Shown in pieces: positions 17,467 to 26,132 of a stretch of 64,000 bases of DNA. The DNA lies in IMG/VR virus record IMGVR_UViG_3300014613_000002, positions 1-64,000 of that record; one strand, given 5' to 3'. The notes below the pieces were generated by a model. The model was not told the DNA's origin. It saw only the letters and a program-made list of their open reading frames with translations, and did not search any database. The DNA comes from a virus. Lineage: Duplodnaviria; Caudoviricetes. A program made the position numbers and the translations under genes. Positions within the stretch are counted from its first letter, which is position 1, and the number at the start of each line of letters is the position of its first letter.

Positions 17467-18354
17467 ATGATGAGAAATATACTAGATGATTACTATAACC
17501 ATATTGCAAGCAATAGGTTTGCTGAAGGTTCTATAGTTCAGTATAAAAATTGCTTGGAAAGGCTATATTCATACCTAAAATCTAGAAGTATTGATAGTTG
17601 GGATAAAGTAACTCCTTTTCATCTAGACAAATACAAAAGTTTCCTCAGCGAACGAAAAGGTAAAGGTGAGACAACATTCAAGGAGACAACACAGTTACAA
17701 CATGCAGCTTGCATTAGAGCCTTCTTTAAGTATTTACAGGAAATTAGAGAGATAAATAATAAGTCGGCCAATATCGTGTTTAGTAATCTAAAACTCAAGC
17801 AAGAACCAAAGCAAGATTTCCTTAACCCAGAAGAACTAAAACGACTTTGGGATGCCTGCAAAGATAATACATTGTATTTAGCCATACTACTAATTATGTT
17901 TTCTACGGGGTTGAGGCATAGTGAGGTCATAAATTGCGATGTAGATTCGGTTAGCATAGAAAGGAGAGAAATCAAAATTTTAGGTAAAGGCGGAATTCGG
18001 AGAAGAGTTTTACTTACTCCAGAATGTATTGAAGCTCTAGAAAGTTATCTTACCCAGAGAGAATTGAAGGTTGCTGAAAATGAGAAAGCATTATTTATAT
18101 CTTCTAGAGGCACTAGACTTACCTATAACCAACTATCTTACATATTCGCTAAGTTAAGAAAATATGTTCCGAGAATTTATCCGCATTTGCTCAGGCATAC
18201 TTTTGCCACATATTTATTGGAGACAGGCTCAACAATTAAGGAAGTTCAGCAGCAGTTGGGACATAAGCGATTAACAACAACTAGCAGATATGTTCATACC
18301 ATTGAAGAGGAAACTAAGAGGAAGCACGAGAAGCTTTCTGCTTATATGAAATAG
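17467..18354 (+). CDS. tyrosine recombinase (XerC/D-like)
   Basis: TGLRHSE, GKGG, HLLRHTFAT, LGHKRLTTTSRY (R-K-H-R-H-Y set). Confidence 0.95.
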   Translation: MMRNILDDYYNHIASNRFAEGSIVQYKNCLERLYSYLKSRSIDSWDKVTPFHLDKYKSFLSERKGKGETTFKETTQLQHAACIRAFFKYLQEIREINNKSANIVFSNLKLKQEPKQDFLNPEELKRLWDACKDNTLYLAILLIMFSTGLRHSEVINCDVDSVSIERREIKILGKGGIRRRVLLTPECIEALESYLTQRELKVAENEKALFISSRGTRLTYNQLSYIFAKLRKYVPRIYPHLLRHTFATYLLETGSTIKEVQQQLGHKRLTTTSRYVHTIEEETKRKHEKLSAYMK

Positions 18355-18356
18355 AG

Positions 18357-19142
18357 ATGATAATAGAAAATACCGAGCAAGTCAGCAAATACATTGAAAG
18401 GTACGCAGAGCGAATGTATCCACTTTTCTCTATAGAATTAGACAATCAGTGGTATATAGCAATAGGAACAAATAGGCCATTTGCTGTGGGTAAGCTGTTC
18501 CCATGTACTGAAGATTATGCCCTAATGAGTGAATATTTTCTTGGAGTGTTTGCTGCCTGTAATGACGAATTACCTTGTGAACTAGAAGAACTGAAGTCAT
18601 TAAGTGCGAATATCAGTAAGACCAATGAACGAGATGCTACCGAGCAGTTATATCGTTTGTTGCACAAGCATAGTATTCCGTGCAGAATTAACCTTCACAG
18701 CGGTCCCGATTTAACTCTTTACAATGGGTTTTATTTAGTTGAGATAAAGTCAAGATTTCCTAAGAATATGTATCTTCCCTTCATTCAAGTTATCGAGTAT
18801 CTTAACGAGTATGGGAATGCTAGGTTTGCTCTACTTTTGGAACTATACACTGGAAAATATTACCTTATTGAGAAAGAGAGAAAACATACTCTTGAAAAGT
18901 TTAATATAGGTACTGGAATAATAACAGATTGTATAAGGAGTGATTATGTTAAACTTATAATAGAAAGCAGTATATGTTGGCGATGTCCATTGCATCATTT
19001 TACTGGACAACTTTGGTGCCACCAGCAGGATTGTCCTGCTTATAAAGCTATAGAGGTGGTAGAAGAGAGGCAAGACTTTGAGCTTAAACTCAACTGGATT
19101 TCTGGGAAATTGACTGTAAATCGGAAAGCAGTTCCAATGTAA
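18357..19142 (+). CDS. hypothetical protein with PD-(D/E)xK-like motif
   Basis: GPDLTLYNGFYLVEIKS; C-terminal Cys/His cluster. Confidence 0.6.
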   Translation: MIIENTEQVSKYIERYAERMYPLFSIELDNQWYIAIGTNRPFAVGKLFPCTEDYALMSEYFLGVFAACNDELPCELEELKSLSANISKTNERDATEQLYRLLHKHSIPCRINLHSGPDLTLYNGFYLVEIKSRFPKNMYLPFIQVIEYLNEYGNARFALLLELYTGKYYLIEKERKHTLEKFNIGTGIITDCIRSDYVKLIIESSICWRCPLHHFTGQLWCHQQDCPAYKAIEVVEERQDFELKLNWISGKLTVNRKAVPM

Positions 19143-19162
19143 TGAGAAGACAGCTAAAGCAT

Positions 19163-19248
19163 GAGAGACAGGTGTGCGGAATGCTCTTCGACCGAGTATT
19201 CGGCCTCGCTTTACTTACCATTTTGCGAGACTCATGCACCTGTCTCTC
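19163..19248 (+). ncRNA. three-way-junction element with T-loop-like UUCGACC
   Basis: 12-bp outer stem 19163-74/19237-48; arms 19179-86/19194-201 and 19205-09/19225-29. Confidence 0.5.
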
Positions 19249-19290
19249 CACCCAAAATTACTATAAATTAGTATTGTAAGGAGGTAAAAG

Positions 19291-19467
19291 ATGGATATTT
19301 TGGAAATAAAAATATCTTTGGACGGAGACAAATGGTGTGCTCTTGTAGGTGAGGATTTGCAAGAAGGCATTGCTGGCTTTGGGGATACACCAATTGATGC
19401 TATCAGAGCATTGTGCGATGAACTTGAAACTAATCCGTGGAATCTACAGACACTCACGTTATGGTGA
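19291..19467 (+). CDS. 58-aa HicB-like-fold hypothetical protein (below cutoff)
   Basis: AAGGAGG SD; DGDKWCALVGEDLQEGIAGFGDTPIDAIRAL. Confidence 0.6.
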   Translation: MDILEIKISLDGDKWCALVGEDLQEGIAGFGDTPIDAIRALCDELETNPWNLQTLTLW

Positions 19468-19622
19468 GATAAGGAGGTAACAGATGGGGGAAGTAGATAA
19501 GAGTGACGAATTAGAGGAGCGTCGTGAGGCTGAAAGAGATGATGACTTGCTGTATTGGAAACTAGAAGCTATTGCTAGAAAGGACAAGGAGTTTTATGCT
19601 GACCAGCAGGAGGTGAAAGATA

Positions 19623-19853
19623 ATGACTAAGGTAATTCAGGTAATTGAGGGCAAACCAAAGATTGAGGATATTGATGCCTCCTTCTACACAGAGAGTCAT
19701 GATATTCCTATGCTCTGGATTGGGAAGCAGATTATTGATGTAGGTAATGGCTATGGTAGTTGGCCTAGTGATAAAGACGAGCAGCATCTAAGGTGGAAGC
19801 TAGACCCTAATAAAACCTATCGAGTGACAATTGAGGAGGTGAAAGATGACTAA
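19623..19853 (+). CDS. hypothetical protein
   Basis: GGAGGTG SD. Confidence 0.65.
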   Translation: MTKVIQVIEGKPKIEDIDASFYTESHDIPMLWIGKQIIDVGNGYGSWPSDKDEQHLRWKLDPNKTYRVTIEEVKDD

Positions 19854-20238
19854 GCAGGAAGAGATAAGAGAAGAATTGATACAAATAATATTAAGAATCC
19901 GTCAATACCTACTCAATACAGAATTTTGTCCCGAGCCATTTACAGAACCAATGAACCCTAATAAATTACGGGACGGTTTTTCCAAGGAAATATTAGAGTA
20001 TCTCTATTCTCAAGGTGTAGTGATAAAGGTTGGGGAGTTTGACATTTTAATGGACATTCCAATATACCCAGAAAAAGTTATAGGTGGTGAGTCTCCCTAC
20101 GAGAAGAGGACTCCGTATATGGAAGGATGGAACGAGGCACTGATAAAAGTAGGCAAGGAGGTGGTTAAGTCGGGACTTGACTTTGTAGCAGTAGCACCAT
20201 TGATAAAGGAGGCAAAAGATGTCAGAAATAAGGGATAA
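19846..20238 (+). CDS. hypothetical protein
   Basis: GGAGGTG SD. Confidence 0.7.
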   Translation: MTKQEEIREELIQIILRIRQYLLNTEFCPEPFTEPMNPNKLRDGFSKEILEYLYSQGVVIKVGEFDILMDIPIYPEKVIGGESPYEKRTPYMEGWNEALIKVGKEVVKSGLDFVAVAPLIKEAKDVRNKG

Positions 20239-20494
20239 AGCCAGAGAAAATTTAGAGGATAAACTATGGAAAATATATTCATGGGATTGGCACAGCGACC
20301 CTGACCAAGCTATGAAAGATGCTCTAGATGAAATCCTCTCTATCTCTGAGCTAGCCATAGTGGATAGGGTAGCAAAGCCTTTCGAGGGCGGAGAAGTGCC
20401 TACTATCTGGAATATGGCATACAGGGCTGCCATGAGGAATATGCTCAAAGATGGCTATGTGAAGGAGGTGATAGATAACTCTCACACCAAATGA
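20219..20494 (+). CDS. hypothetical protein
   Basis: AAGGAGG SD. Confidence 0.65.
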   Translation: MSEIRDKARENLEDKLWKIYSWDWHSDPDQAMKDALDEILSISELAIVDRVAKPFEGGEVPTIWNMAYRAAMRNMLKDGYVKEVIDNSHTK

Positions 20495-20672
20495 GCTGCA
20501 ACTCCTAAAGCTGCTAGCACAAGGGAGGTCAGACAAGTTGATTGCATTAGAGCTAGGCATAGGAGAGCAAACTGTGAGGAATGAGCTGCACACAATATAT
20601 CGGAAACTGGGAGTGAGGAACAGGACAGGTGCTGTGGTTAAGGCTATCAGGAGAGGATTGATAACAATATAG
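20475..20672 (+). CDS. solo LuxR/GerE-type HTH regulator, apparent ATA start
   Basis: ITLTPNELQLLKLLAQGRSDKLIALELGIGEQTVRNELHTIYRKLGVRNRTGAVVKAIRRGLI; AAGGAGGTG SD; in-frame TAG just upstream. Confidence 0.85.
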   Translation: MTLTPNELQLLKLLAQGRSDKLIALELGIGEQTVRNELHTIYRKLGVRNRTGAVVKAIRRGLITI

Positions 20673-20681
20673 GAGGTAAAA

Positions 20682-20978
20682 ATGAATAAATGGTTACTAT
20701 CACCCGAAGAGAGGTTGCAATTCAATCAAGAAGCCCATAGGCTGGCCAATGACTTAATTCAGAATACAGAGGGAGGTTTCAACAGTGAGGATATCGAGGC
20801 TATCTACAATAATGCTGACAGGGCTATGCTACAAGCCCAGGATGCCAAAACCCTCAAGGCAGTAGGGGAATGGCTGGAAAAGGCAATTTCTCCCGACGAG
20901 CTATGGGCATGGGAGCCAGATATTGAAACCTTAAAAAGTGGGGAGATGCCACAGGAGGTAAAAGATGGTGCAGAATAG
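20682..20978 (+). CDS. hypothetical protein
   Basis: AGGAGG SD. Confidence 0.7.
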   Translation: MNKWLLSPEERLQFNQEAHRLANDLIQNTEGGFNSEDIEAIYNNADRAMLQAQDAKTLKAVGEWLEKAISPDELWAWEPDIETLKSGEMPQEVKDGAE

Positions 20979-21103
20979 TCTCTATGAACACAACCCAGAA
21001 ACTAGATGTTGGTTTTATAATGGTGAAATAATTGTAGAATGGGATTCTGTTCTCCTAGTTTATCCTAATTTTTATGGCTATAATAATTTAGAGGAGACAA
21101 AAG

Positions 21104-21442
21104 ATGAACACAAATAGAGATAGCAGTTGGAACATTGGTAATACAAACAAAGATAGAGGTTGGAACACTAGAAATGGAGCAGCTGGTGATAGCAACAAAT
21201 TGAATATAGTGCCTGATGAGTCAGCTGAGAGAGGTAAGAGAATAAAGTGCAAAGCAACAATAGAATTTGGTGATGATTTTGGCGACAATACTTGCACTTT
21301 CCACTGTGAGCTTGAAAAAGGACACAAAGGACTTCACAAGGAAACAGGAACTCAATATGGCGTGCCTTATACCTTGACTTGGGGAACGATTGAACCTGAG
21401 GAAGCTAGAGAAGTTTCTGCTGAGGGAATAGTGAAAGTGTAG
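21104..21442 (+). CDS. hypothetical protein with C..C.L..GH.G.H zinc motif
   Basis: last + strand gene; its stop abuts the ATPase stop. Confidence 0.65.
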   Translation: MNTNRDSSWNIGNTNKDRGWNTRNGAAGDSNKLNIVPDESAERGKRIKCKATIEFGDDFGDNTCTFHCELEKGHKGLHKETGTQYGVPYTLTWGTIEPEEAREVSAEGIVKV

Positions 21443-22114
21443 TTAGGACTTACTAGGTAAGTCTATCCTAACTAGGCCTTTGTAATCTTGTGCGAAGACA
21501 AAGATATGCCGCTTTTGCTGGTATTCGCTCATCCTATCGTAAATAGGCATAATCTGCCGATATAATTTGGAAACGCTGCTCCGTTCCAAGTCGGCGAAAA
21601 GCAGATTTGCGGGCTTGAGAAGCACTAGGTCGGAATCGAGAACATATTTGTCGCTTTGCGCCGAGCTTTGTGAGGAGAATATTAATGTCAGTTTCCGCTT
21701 GTGCCGAACCATAGGAATCAGCTTTTCCAGTTGTTGCACTAGTATGTTGTAGTAGTCACGACTTCCCATATACACTGGCAAATCGTCACACAGAAGGGTT
21801 GAATATGGTGGAGGCTCAGTATCCAATTGCTCCAGCTTCAGTTCAGTTACCCAGCTTGGGGGTGTTTGCTCTGGGAAAATGGCATAGGTTGGCTTGCCTA
21901 TAATTTCAGCCAACCTTAATATAGTGACTGTTTTCCCAATGCCCCGCCTCCCTATAACTAGAATCACTGAGCCATCCTTATGCCTCAGTTTGATTATCGG
22001 CGCAATCTCGCCAAGCTCAGGAATCTGGGGCTTTTCTTCCTCTCCTTTATCTTTGCCAAACAGATATTGGTAGGCAAGCCCAAGGACAAAGTCTCCGATT
22101 GTTGGTTTGGTCAT
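21443..22114 (-). CDS. FtsK/HerA-superfamily (A32/P9-like) genome packaging ATPase
   Basis: Walker A GRRGIGKT, Walker B LLCDD, Arg finger RH, SSQ motif; end of the structural region. Confidence 0.85.
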   Translation of the reverse strand: MTKPTIGDFVLGLAYQYLFGKDKGEEEKPQIPELGEIAPIIKLRHKDGSVILVIGRRGIGKTVTILRLAEIIGKPTYAIFPEQTPPSWVTELKLEQLDTEPPPYSTLLCDDLPVYMGSRDYYNILVQQLEKLIPMVRHKRKLTLIFSSQSSAQSDKYVLDSDLVLLKPANLLFADLERSSVSKLYRQIMPIYDRMSEYQQKRHIFVFAQDYKGLVRIDLPSKS

Positions 22115-22755
22115 TTTATCTTTTGAGCGATAGTGCTCTCGCTTAATCTTTCTGTTAGTATTCTAACTTGTGTTTTCAGTAGCCTTATTTCCTTTTCTTG
22201 CTTCTTTAAGTCTCTCTTCAAATAGCATATAGATAAGTGCTCTGCTTGGATTGGGAATAACTCTAGATTTTCTATTCGGTTATCATCTTTAATACCATTC
22301 TTGTGGTGAACAACTTCGTGTTTTTCTAAACACCTGCCTAAGTGTTGTGCTACTATTAGCCTATGTTCACCTACCCAACCACTCTTGTCTGCTATATTGT
22401 AAAATGGGTTGTCTGAATAAATATGAATATAAGTATAGTATCCAGGTTTGCTCTTTCTTCCACCTTTCCATCCTGGATGTTTTTCTCCTTTTAGTGGGTA
22501 CGGATGTTTTTGAAAAGCAAGTTTTGTTGCCTCACTATGGGTTCGTCGAGGTATTTTAAATCTCCACAACCATGTAAATACTGTTCCCTCAACAACACCT
22601 TTAAGTTCACCAATTTCTCTAGCTGATAGTTGCTTATCCCAGTAAAGGGAATAGAGTTCACTTTTATCAACTTTAGCCTCAACACCTCTTCTAAGTGTAG
22701 CTTGCCTAATATTCTCCTTAGCTATAGCTGATAACTTGTATCCTTTTGGTGGCAT
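22111..22755 (-). CDS. HNH homing endonuclease (HNH_3)
   Basis: EHRLIVAQHLGR...VVHHKNGIKDDNRIENL. Confidence 0.9.
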   Translation of the reverse strand: MPPKGYKLSAIAKENIRQATLRRGVEAKVDKSELYSLYWDKQLSAREIGELKGVVEGTVFTWLWRFKIPRRTHSEATKLAFQKHPYPLKGEKHPGWKGGRKSKPGYYTYIHIYSDNPFYNIADKSGWVGEHRLIVAQHLGRCLEKHEVVHHKNGIKDDNRIENLELFPIQAEHLSICYLKRDLKKQEKEIRLLKTQVRILTERLSESTIAQKIK

Positions 22756-22989
22756 TTATTTTCCTTTCCCCTTGAAGATATCAAGGTATGCTTCTGCGGG
22801 TACATACTCTACTTTTGGGCCGAATATCGAGTGGTTAACAATCCACTCCCATCCTGTTAGGCCTCCTCTCATCCCACTCCGAAATATAGGGGTAATGAAG
22901 AATGCCACCGTTGCAAATACGGCAATTGTCTTCCAAGCATTACCCATATATCTCCAGATACGCTTCCCTGCATCTCTCAACTGCCTCAT
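22756..22989 (-). CDS. small virion membrane protein
   Basis: TM segment; EAYLDIF similar to EAYLEIY in 22940-23137. Confidence 0.6.
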   Translation of the reverse strand: MRQLRDAGKRIWRYMGNAWKTIAVFATVAFFITPIFRSGMRGGLTGWEWIVNHSIFGPKVEYVPAEAYLDIFKGKGK

Positions 22990-23137
22990 CTACTGGTAAG
23001 TGCAGTTGTGGGTCTGTGGCAAACGAATACATTAACTGCCACAAATTCAAAGGTTCGCCTACATTGGCTTTTCGCCAAATTGGGAAAGAACCTAAGATGA
23101 ACGCAACAGCCAGGGCTTTCTCACAAGTGAATTTCAA
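22940..23137 (-). CDS. small virion membrane protein (paralog of 22756-22989)
   Basis: TM segment; EAYLEIY. Confidence 0.55.
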   Translation of the reverse strand: MKFTCEKALAVAFILGSFPIWRKANVGEPLNLWQLMYSFATDPQLHLPVDEAVERCREAYLEIYG

Positions 23138-23138
23138 C

Positions 23139-23270
23139 TTAGCGTCTGCTGCGCTTTCGCCTTCTGGGATTTCTCCTCATCTTAGCAATGTGCTTCATCC
23201 AAAGCTTCCTCTTTGCTGACTTCGGGGGGCCGATTTTCCCATATTTGACTCTTGGTTTCCTTTTAGCCAT
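23139..23270 (-). CDS. 43-aa Arg/Lys-rich peptide containing RRNP (below cutoff)
   Basis: GGAGG SD; MAKRKPRVKYGKIGPPKSAKRKLWMKHIAKMRRNPRRRKRSRR. Confidence 0.75.
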   Translation of the reverse strand: MAKRKPRVKYGKIGPPKSAKRKLWMKHIAKMRRNPRRRKRSRR

Positions 23271-23721
23271 GATATACCTCCTTACTAAATAGTTCTTCCT
23301 GATACGGACTTAGCTTGCTTAATTCTACCCATTTCTCCTTCATCCGATTTCGCTTCAGTTGCCGAAGTTGCTGGTAGCATACTTCCTTATCATGCTTGCA
23401 CCATTTATTAGAGGGCAAGTCCAAATACCCTCGTAAAATTACTGCTTCTTGTTTTTTAGTAGTCAGGAAAGGAATTATGCTATCTAGGACATCGCTTATT
23501 AGTTGCTTTTTGTATATCCTCCAGCCCCAACAATTCTCTCTTATTTGCATACTACCCTTAGCTATATTGCCTTGTAACCAAGACATAAGTAATGGGTCTC
23601 CACACACGAAAATGCAGGGTTTGTAATGTACATGCGTTGCCTCACCATATTTACTAATATAGAGCGAGCCATCAGCATCAGTTACGCCAGCAAGATAAGC
23701 CCATTTAGCATCGTTAGTCAC
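23263..23721 (-). CDS. single-motif LAGLIDADG homing endonuclease
   Basis: WAYLAGVTDADGSLYI; PFLTTKKQEA. Confidence 0.9.
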   Translation of the reverse strand: MTNDAKWAYLAGVTDADGSLYISKYGEATHVHYKPCIFVCGDPLLMSWLQGNIAKGSMQIRENCWGWRIYKKQLISDVLDSIIPFLTTKKQEAVILRGYLDLPSNKWCKHDKEVCYQQLRQLKRNRMKEKWVELSKLSPYQEELFSKEVYHG

Positions 23722-23771
23722 TAAATCTACCCTACCTCATAGCCCATTTTAGACATTGTGTTCCTCAGTCT

Positions 23772-23846
23772 TTACCTTCTCCTCGGCATCTTGCAGCGGA
23801 CTCTCTTACCCTTGACCTTGCGGAAGTAGTATTTTCGCTTTGCCAT
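23772..23846 (-). CDS. 24-aa basic peptide (below cutoff)
   Basis: GGAGGTG SD; MAKRKYYFRKVKGKRVRCKMPRRR. Confidence 0.65.
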   Translation of the reverse strand: MAKRKYYFRKVKGKRVRCKMPRRR

Positions 23847-23880
23847 TTAATTCACCTCCTGAGATACTTTCTATTACCTT

Positions 23881-23994
23881 TTACCTTCTGGGCTTCTTTC
23901 GTCTGTAACCACGGACGGTAATCCTCTTGCCCTTGCGAACATAGGAATAGCCCTTCACGCCCACTGCTCCTCTACTTCGCTTCCTTTTAGCCAT
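23881..23994 (-). CDS. 37-aa basic beta-hairpin peptide (below cutoff)
   Basis: GGAGG SD; MAKRKRSRGAVGVKGYSYVRKGKRITVRGYRRKKPRR. Confidence 0.75.
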   Translation of the reverse strand: MAKRKRSRGAVGVKGYSYVRKGKRITVRGYRRKKPRR

Positions 23995-24004
23995 TTTTAA
24001 CCTC

Positions 24005-24589
24005 CTATATTTTATTTCCTAACAAGTTATTCTTATGAGATTTTCTATTTGGTCTTTTCCGAGTATAAGCAGGTGAACTTATAGTTACACCACTCTGACG
24101 AGTGTAAACACAAGCTCTAACTTTAACTGCTGTTCCTCTCTTATGTCCTTTTCTCTTATGTTGGTGGATTGGTATAACTATTTCAGATTCTTCCTTAGTA
24201 TATATGGTAGCTAATTTAGATACCTCTTTTGCTTGTTCTGGTATACTCGATTCTGATATTAAGGATAGTTGTTTATTTGCAGAATACATAATTATTCCAA
24301 GTTTTGGCAAGAATGGTAAAAATTTATTTAGTTCAGGAATATAGCTATCATCAATAACTAAATACGATTTATAACCATTGATTAACCCCTCTAAACATTG
24401 CATTAGACCTTGCCGTAGCTCACTATAGCTAATTAGTTCAGGCTTAATCTCATATACAGACACAATTTCATCATTAAGGAAAGCTAAATCAGGTCTCCAG
24501 TGTGAATTAGTTACTCTCACCCTCGTATAATTTTGGCTATTGAGCCAACCTACTAGTGTAAGCTCTACCTCAGAATGTGTTAGTGGCAC
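24005..24589 (-). CDS. PD-(D/E)xK nuclease-like protein with basic C-terminal tail
   Basis: RPDL...VYEIK...GLMQC; tail resembles neighbouring basic peptides. Confidence 0.7.
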   Translation of the reverse strand: MPLTHSEVELTLVGWLNSQNYTRVRVTNSHWRPDLAFLNDEIVSVYEIKPELISYSELRQGLMQCLEGLINGYKSYLVIDDSYIPELNKFLPFLPKLGIIMYSANKQLSLISESSIPEQAKEVSKLATIYTKEESEIVIPIHQHKRKGHKRGTAVKVRACVYTRQSGVTISSPAYTRKRPNRKSHKNNLLGNKI

Positions 24590-24696
24590 TAACTTCTCCT
24601 AGAACGCCGTTTGCGAAGGTAACTTTTAACATGAATTAGCTTACCTTTTCTACGCATAGTATATTCCTTAATCTTAGTTCTCCGTGCTTTAGCCAT
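24589..24696 (-). CDS. 35-aa basic beta-hairpin peptide (below cutoff)
   Basis: AAGGAG SD; MAKARRTKIKEYTMRRKGKLIHVKSYLRKRRSRRS. Confidence 0.7.
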   Translation of the reverse strand: MAKARRTKIKEYTMRRKGKLIHVKSYLRKRRSRRS

Positions 24697-24730
24697 TAGC
24701 TCACTCCTTCTATGTTTACTTTCATATTTA

Positions 24731-24759
24731 ATGATAACATAACCACTGAGCTATGTCAA
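24731..24759 (-). promoter_or_regulatory. sigma70 promoter, extended -10
   Basis: TTGACA-17-TGn-TATCAT on minus strand. Confidence 0.75.
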
Positions 24760-24801
24760 ATTATACTATGCTTAAATTTTAGCTCGTCTTATAATCTATA
24801 A

Positions 24802-25902
24802 CTACAGCCAACCTCTCCTTTTAGCTTCAACAGGACTAACTCCTCTCTTTCTCTTTCCCAAATATAGCTCTCCAGGCAAAAGTGGGTTGCCAGCCTCATT
24901 CAGAGGCACACCATTAGAACTCCTGACATAAGCACTAGGATTAGCTACTACTGGTGCAAAGCCAGAAGGCAGCCTGCGCTCCTTTCTAAAGGCTTCTCTC
25001 TGTGCTGGAGTCCAGCGCCACCAAATTCCACTGGCGATTCGGGCAAGTCTTGCCTTAGTCGCCTTCGGATAAGAAGCTCTCAGACCTGGCAGCATTTTGG
25101 CGAACCATTCACGAGGTGGGCGGGTTTCTTTCCCTTCTGGGTTAGCCATAGCTCTTGCTGGGACTCCAGCTCTTTTGAGGCTTGCACAAGTTTCGTGATA
25201 AACTCTGCCTTTGTAGCGAACCCCACCAGCGTGAACGGGTTCTCCGCAATATTCGCATGTTCCATATCCACCAGCTCTTTTCCTAGCTGCCCAAGTTCGC
25301 CTTGAGACTTCAGGACGAGTTATGCCATCTAGGTGACCGTATTTAACTGTCCTTGAGCTAGGATTATACTTTACCCAAGCAATAGAACCAGCAGGAATTC
25401 TGTGTATAACCTTTAGTTTATATCCTCTACTTTCAAGCTCTTTCTTGAGTTCAGAATACTCTTCTGGTTTAGCTGGTTTCCCTTTATAGTAGTAATCCAT
25501 AGATGCTTCACCATGTTGCCCTATGTGTTGATATGCCATTACCATACCCCAGTTTACAGGAACATCTGGTAGAAAGGCAGTAATGATATCATTAACCTTC
25601 TTAAAAACTACTCTATCCAATTTTGGATTCAATGCTCTTGCCCCATAAAACCTGTAAGCATCTCTTGGTTCTCCTCTCATAGCCCGCCTTGGGTTTCTTC
25701 CAATATGTCTAGGTTCTAAACCTATGCTAAAAGCCTCATAGCAACCTTTGTGCCAGGCTTTTCCTTGTGCACTTACTCCCCTAGCCCAAACTGGCTCCTT
25801 GCAGAAAAAGCAGATACCTTTATAGGCTCTCTCTCTTCTCCTTCTTTGCCATACAGCTCTAGATATTTTCGCTCTAGCTTCTCCTCGTAATACTGGATTC
25901 AT
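24802..25902 (-). CDS. basic NP-punctuated virion core polyprotein candidate
   Basis: 7 Asn-Pro motifs; two CxxC...HxxC zinc modules. Confidence 0.8.
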   Translation of the reverse strand: MNPVLRGEARAKISRAVWQRRRRERAYKGICFFCKEPVWARGVSAQGKAWHKGCYEAFSIGLEPRHIGRNPRRAMRGEPRDAYRFYGARALNPKLDRVVFKKVNDIITAFLPDVPVNWGMVMAYQHIGQHGEASMDYYYKGKPAKPEEYSELKKELESRGYKLKVIHRIPAGSIAWVKYNPSSRTVKYGHLDGITRPEVSRRTWAARKRAGGYGTCEYCGEPVHAGGVRYKGRVYHETCASLKRAGVPARAMANPEGKETRPPREWFAKMLPGLRASYPKATKARLARIASGIWWRWTPAQREAFRKERRLPSGFAPVVANPSAYVRSSNGVPLNEAGNPLLPGELYLGKRKRGVSPVEAKRRGWL

Positions 25903-25917
25903 TTTTCACCTCCTACA

Positions 25918-26121
25918 TTATTTCTTTCTTAAAACCCAAAGCAACAGCCCAACTCCTCCACCAACACCTAGAACCCACTTCCAGTTAGCTGTTAACCAAG
26001 TAGTTATATCGCCAACCTCAAATGGGTTGCCAATCCCACTAACTGGTAGCCGTTCTCCAGTTTCCCCACACTGGCTACATTGTTGGTATTGTGCTTCGTC
26101 TGTGACCTGTCTTACTGACAT
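25918..26121 (-). CDS. small C-terminal-TM virion membrane protein
   Basis: CSQC; GNP; TM followed by RKK. Confidence 0.7.
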   Translation of the reverse strand: MSVRQVTDEAQYQQCSQCGETGERLPVSGIGNPFEVGDITTWLTANWKWVLGVGGGVGLLLWVLRKK

Positions 26122-26132
26122 AATTCACCTCC

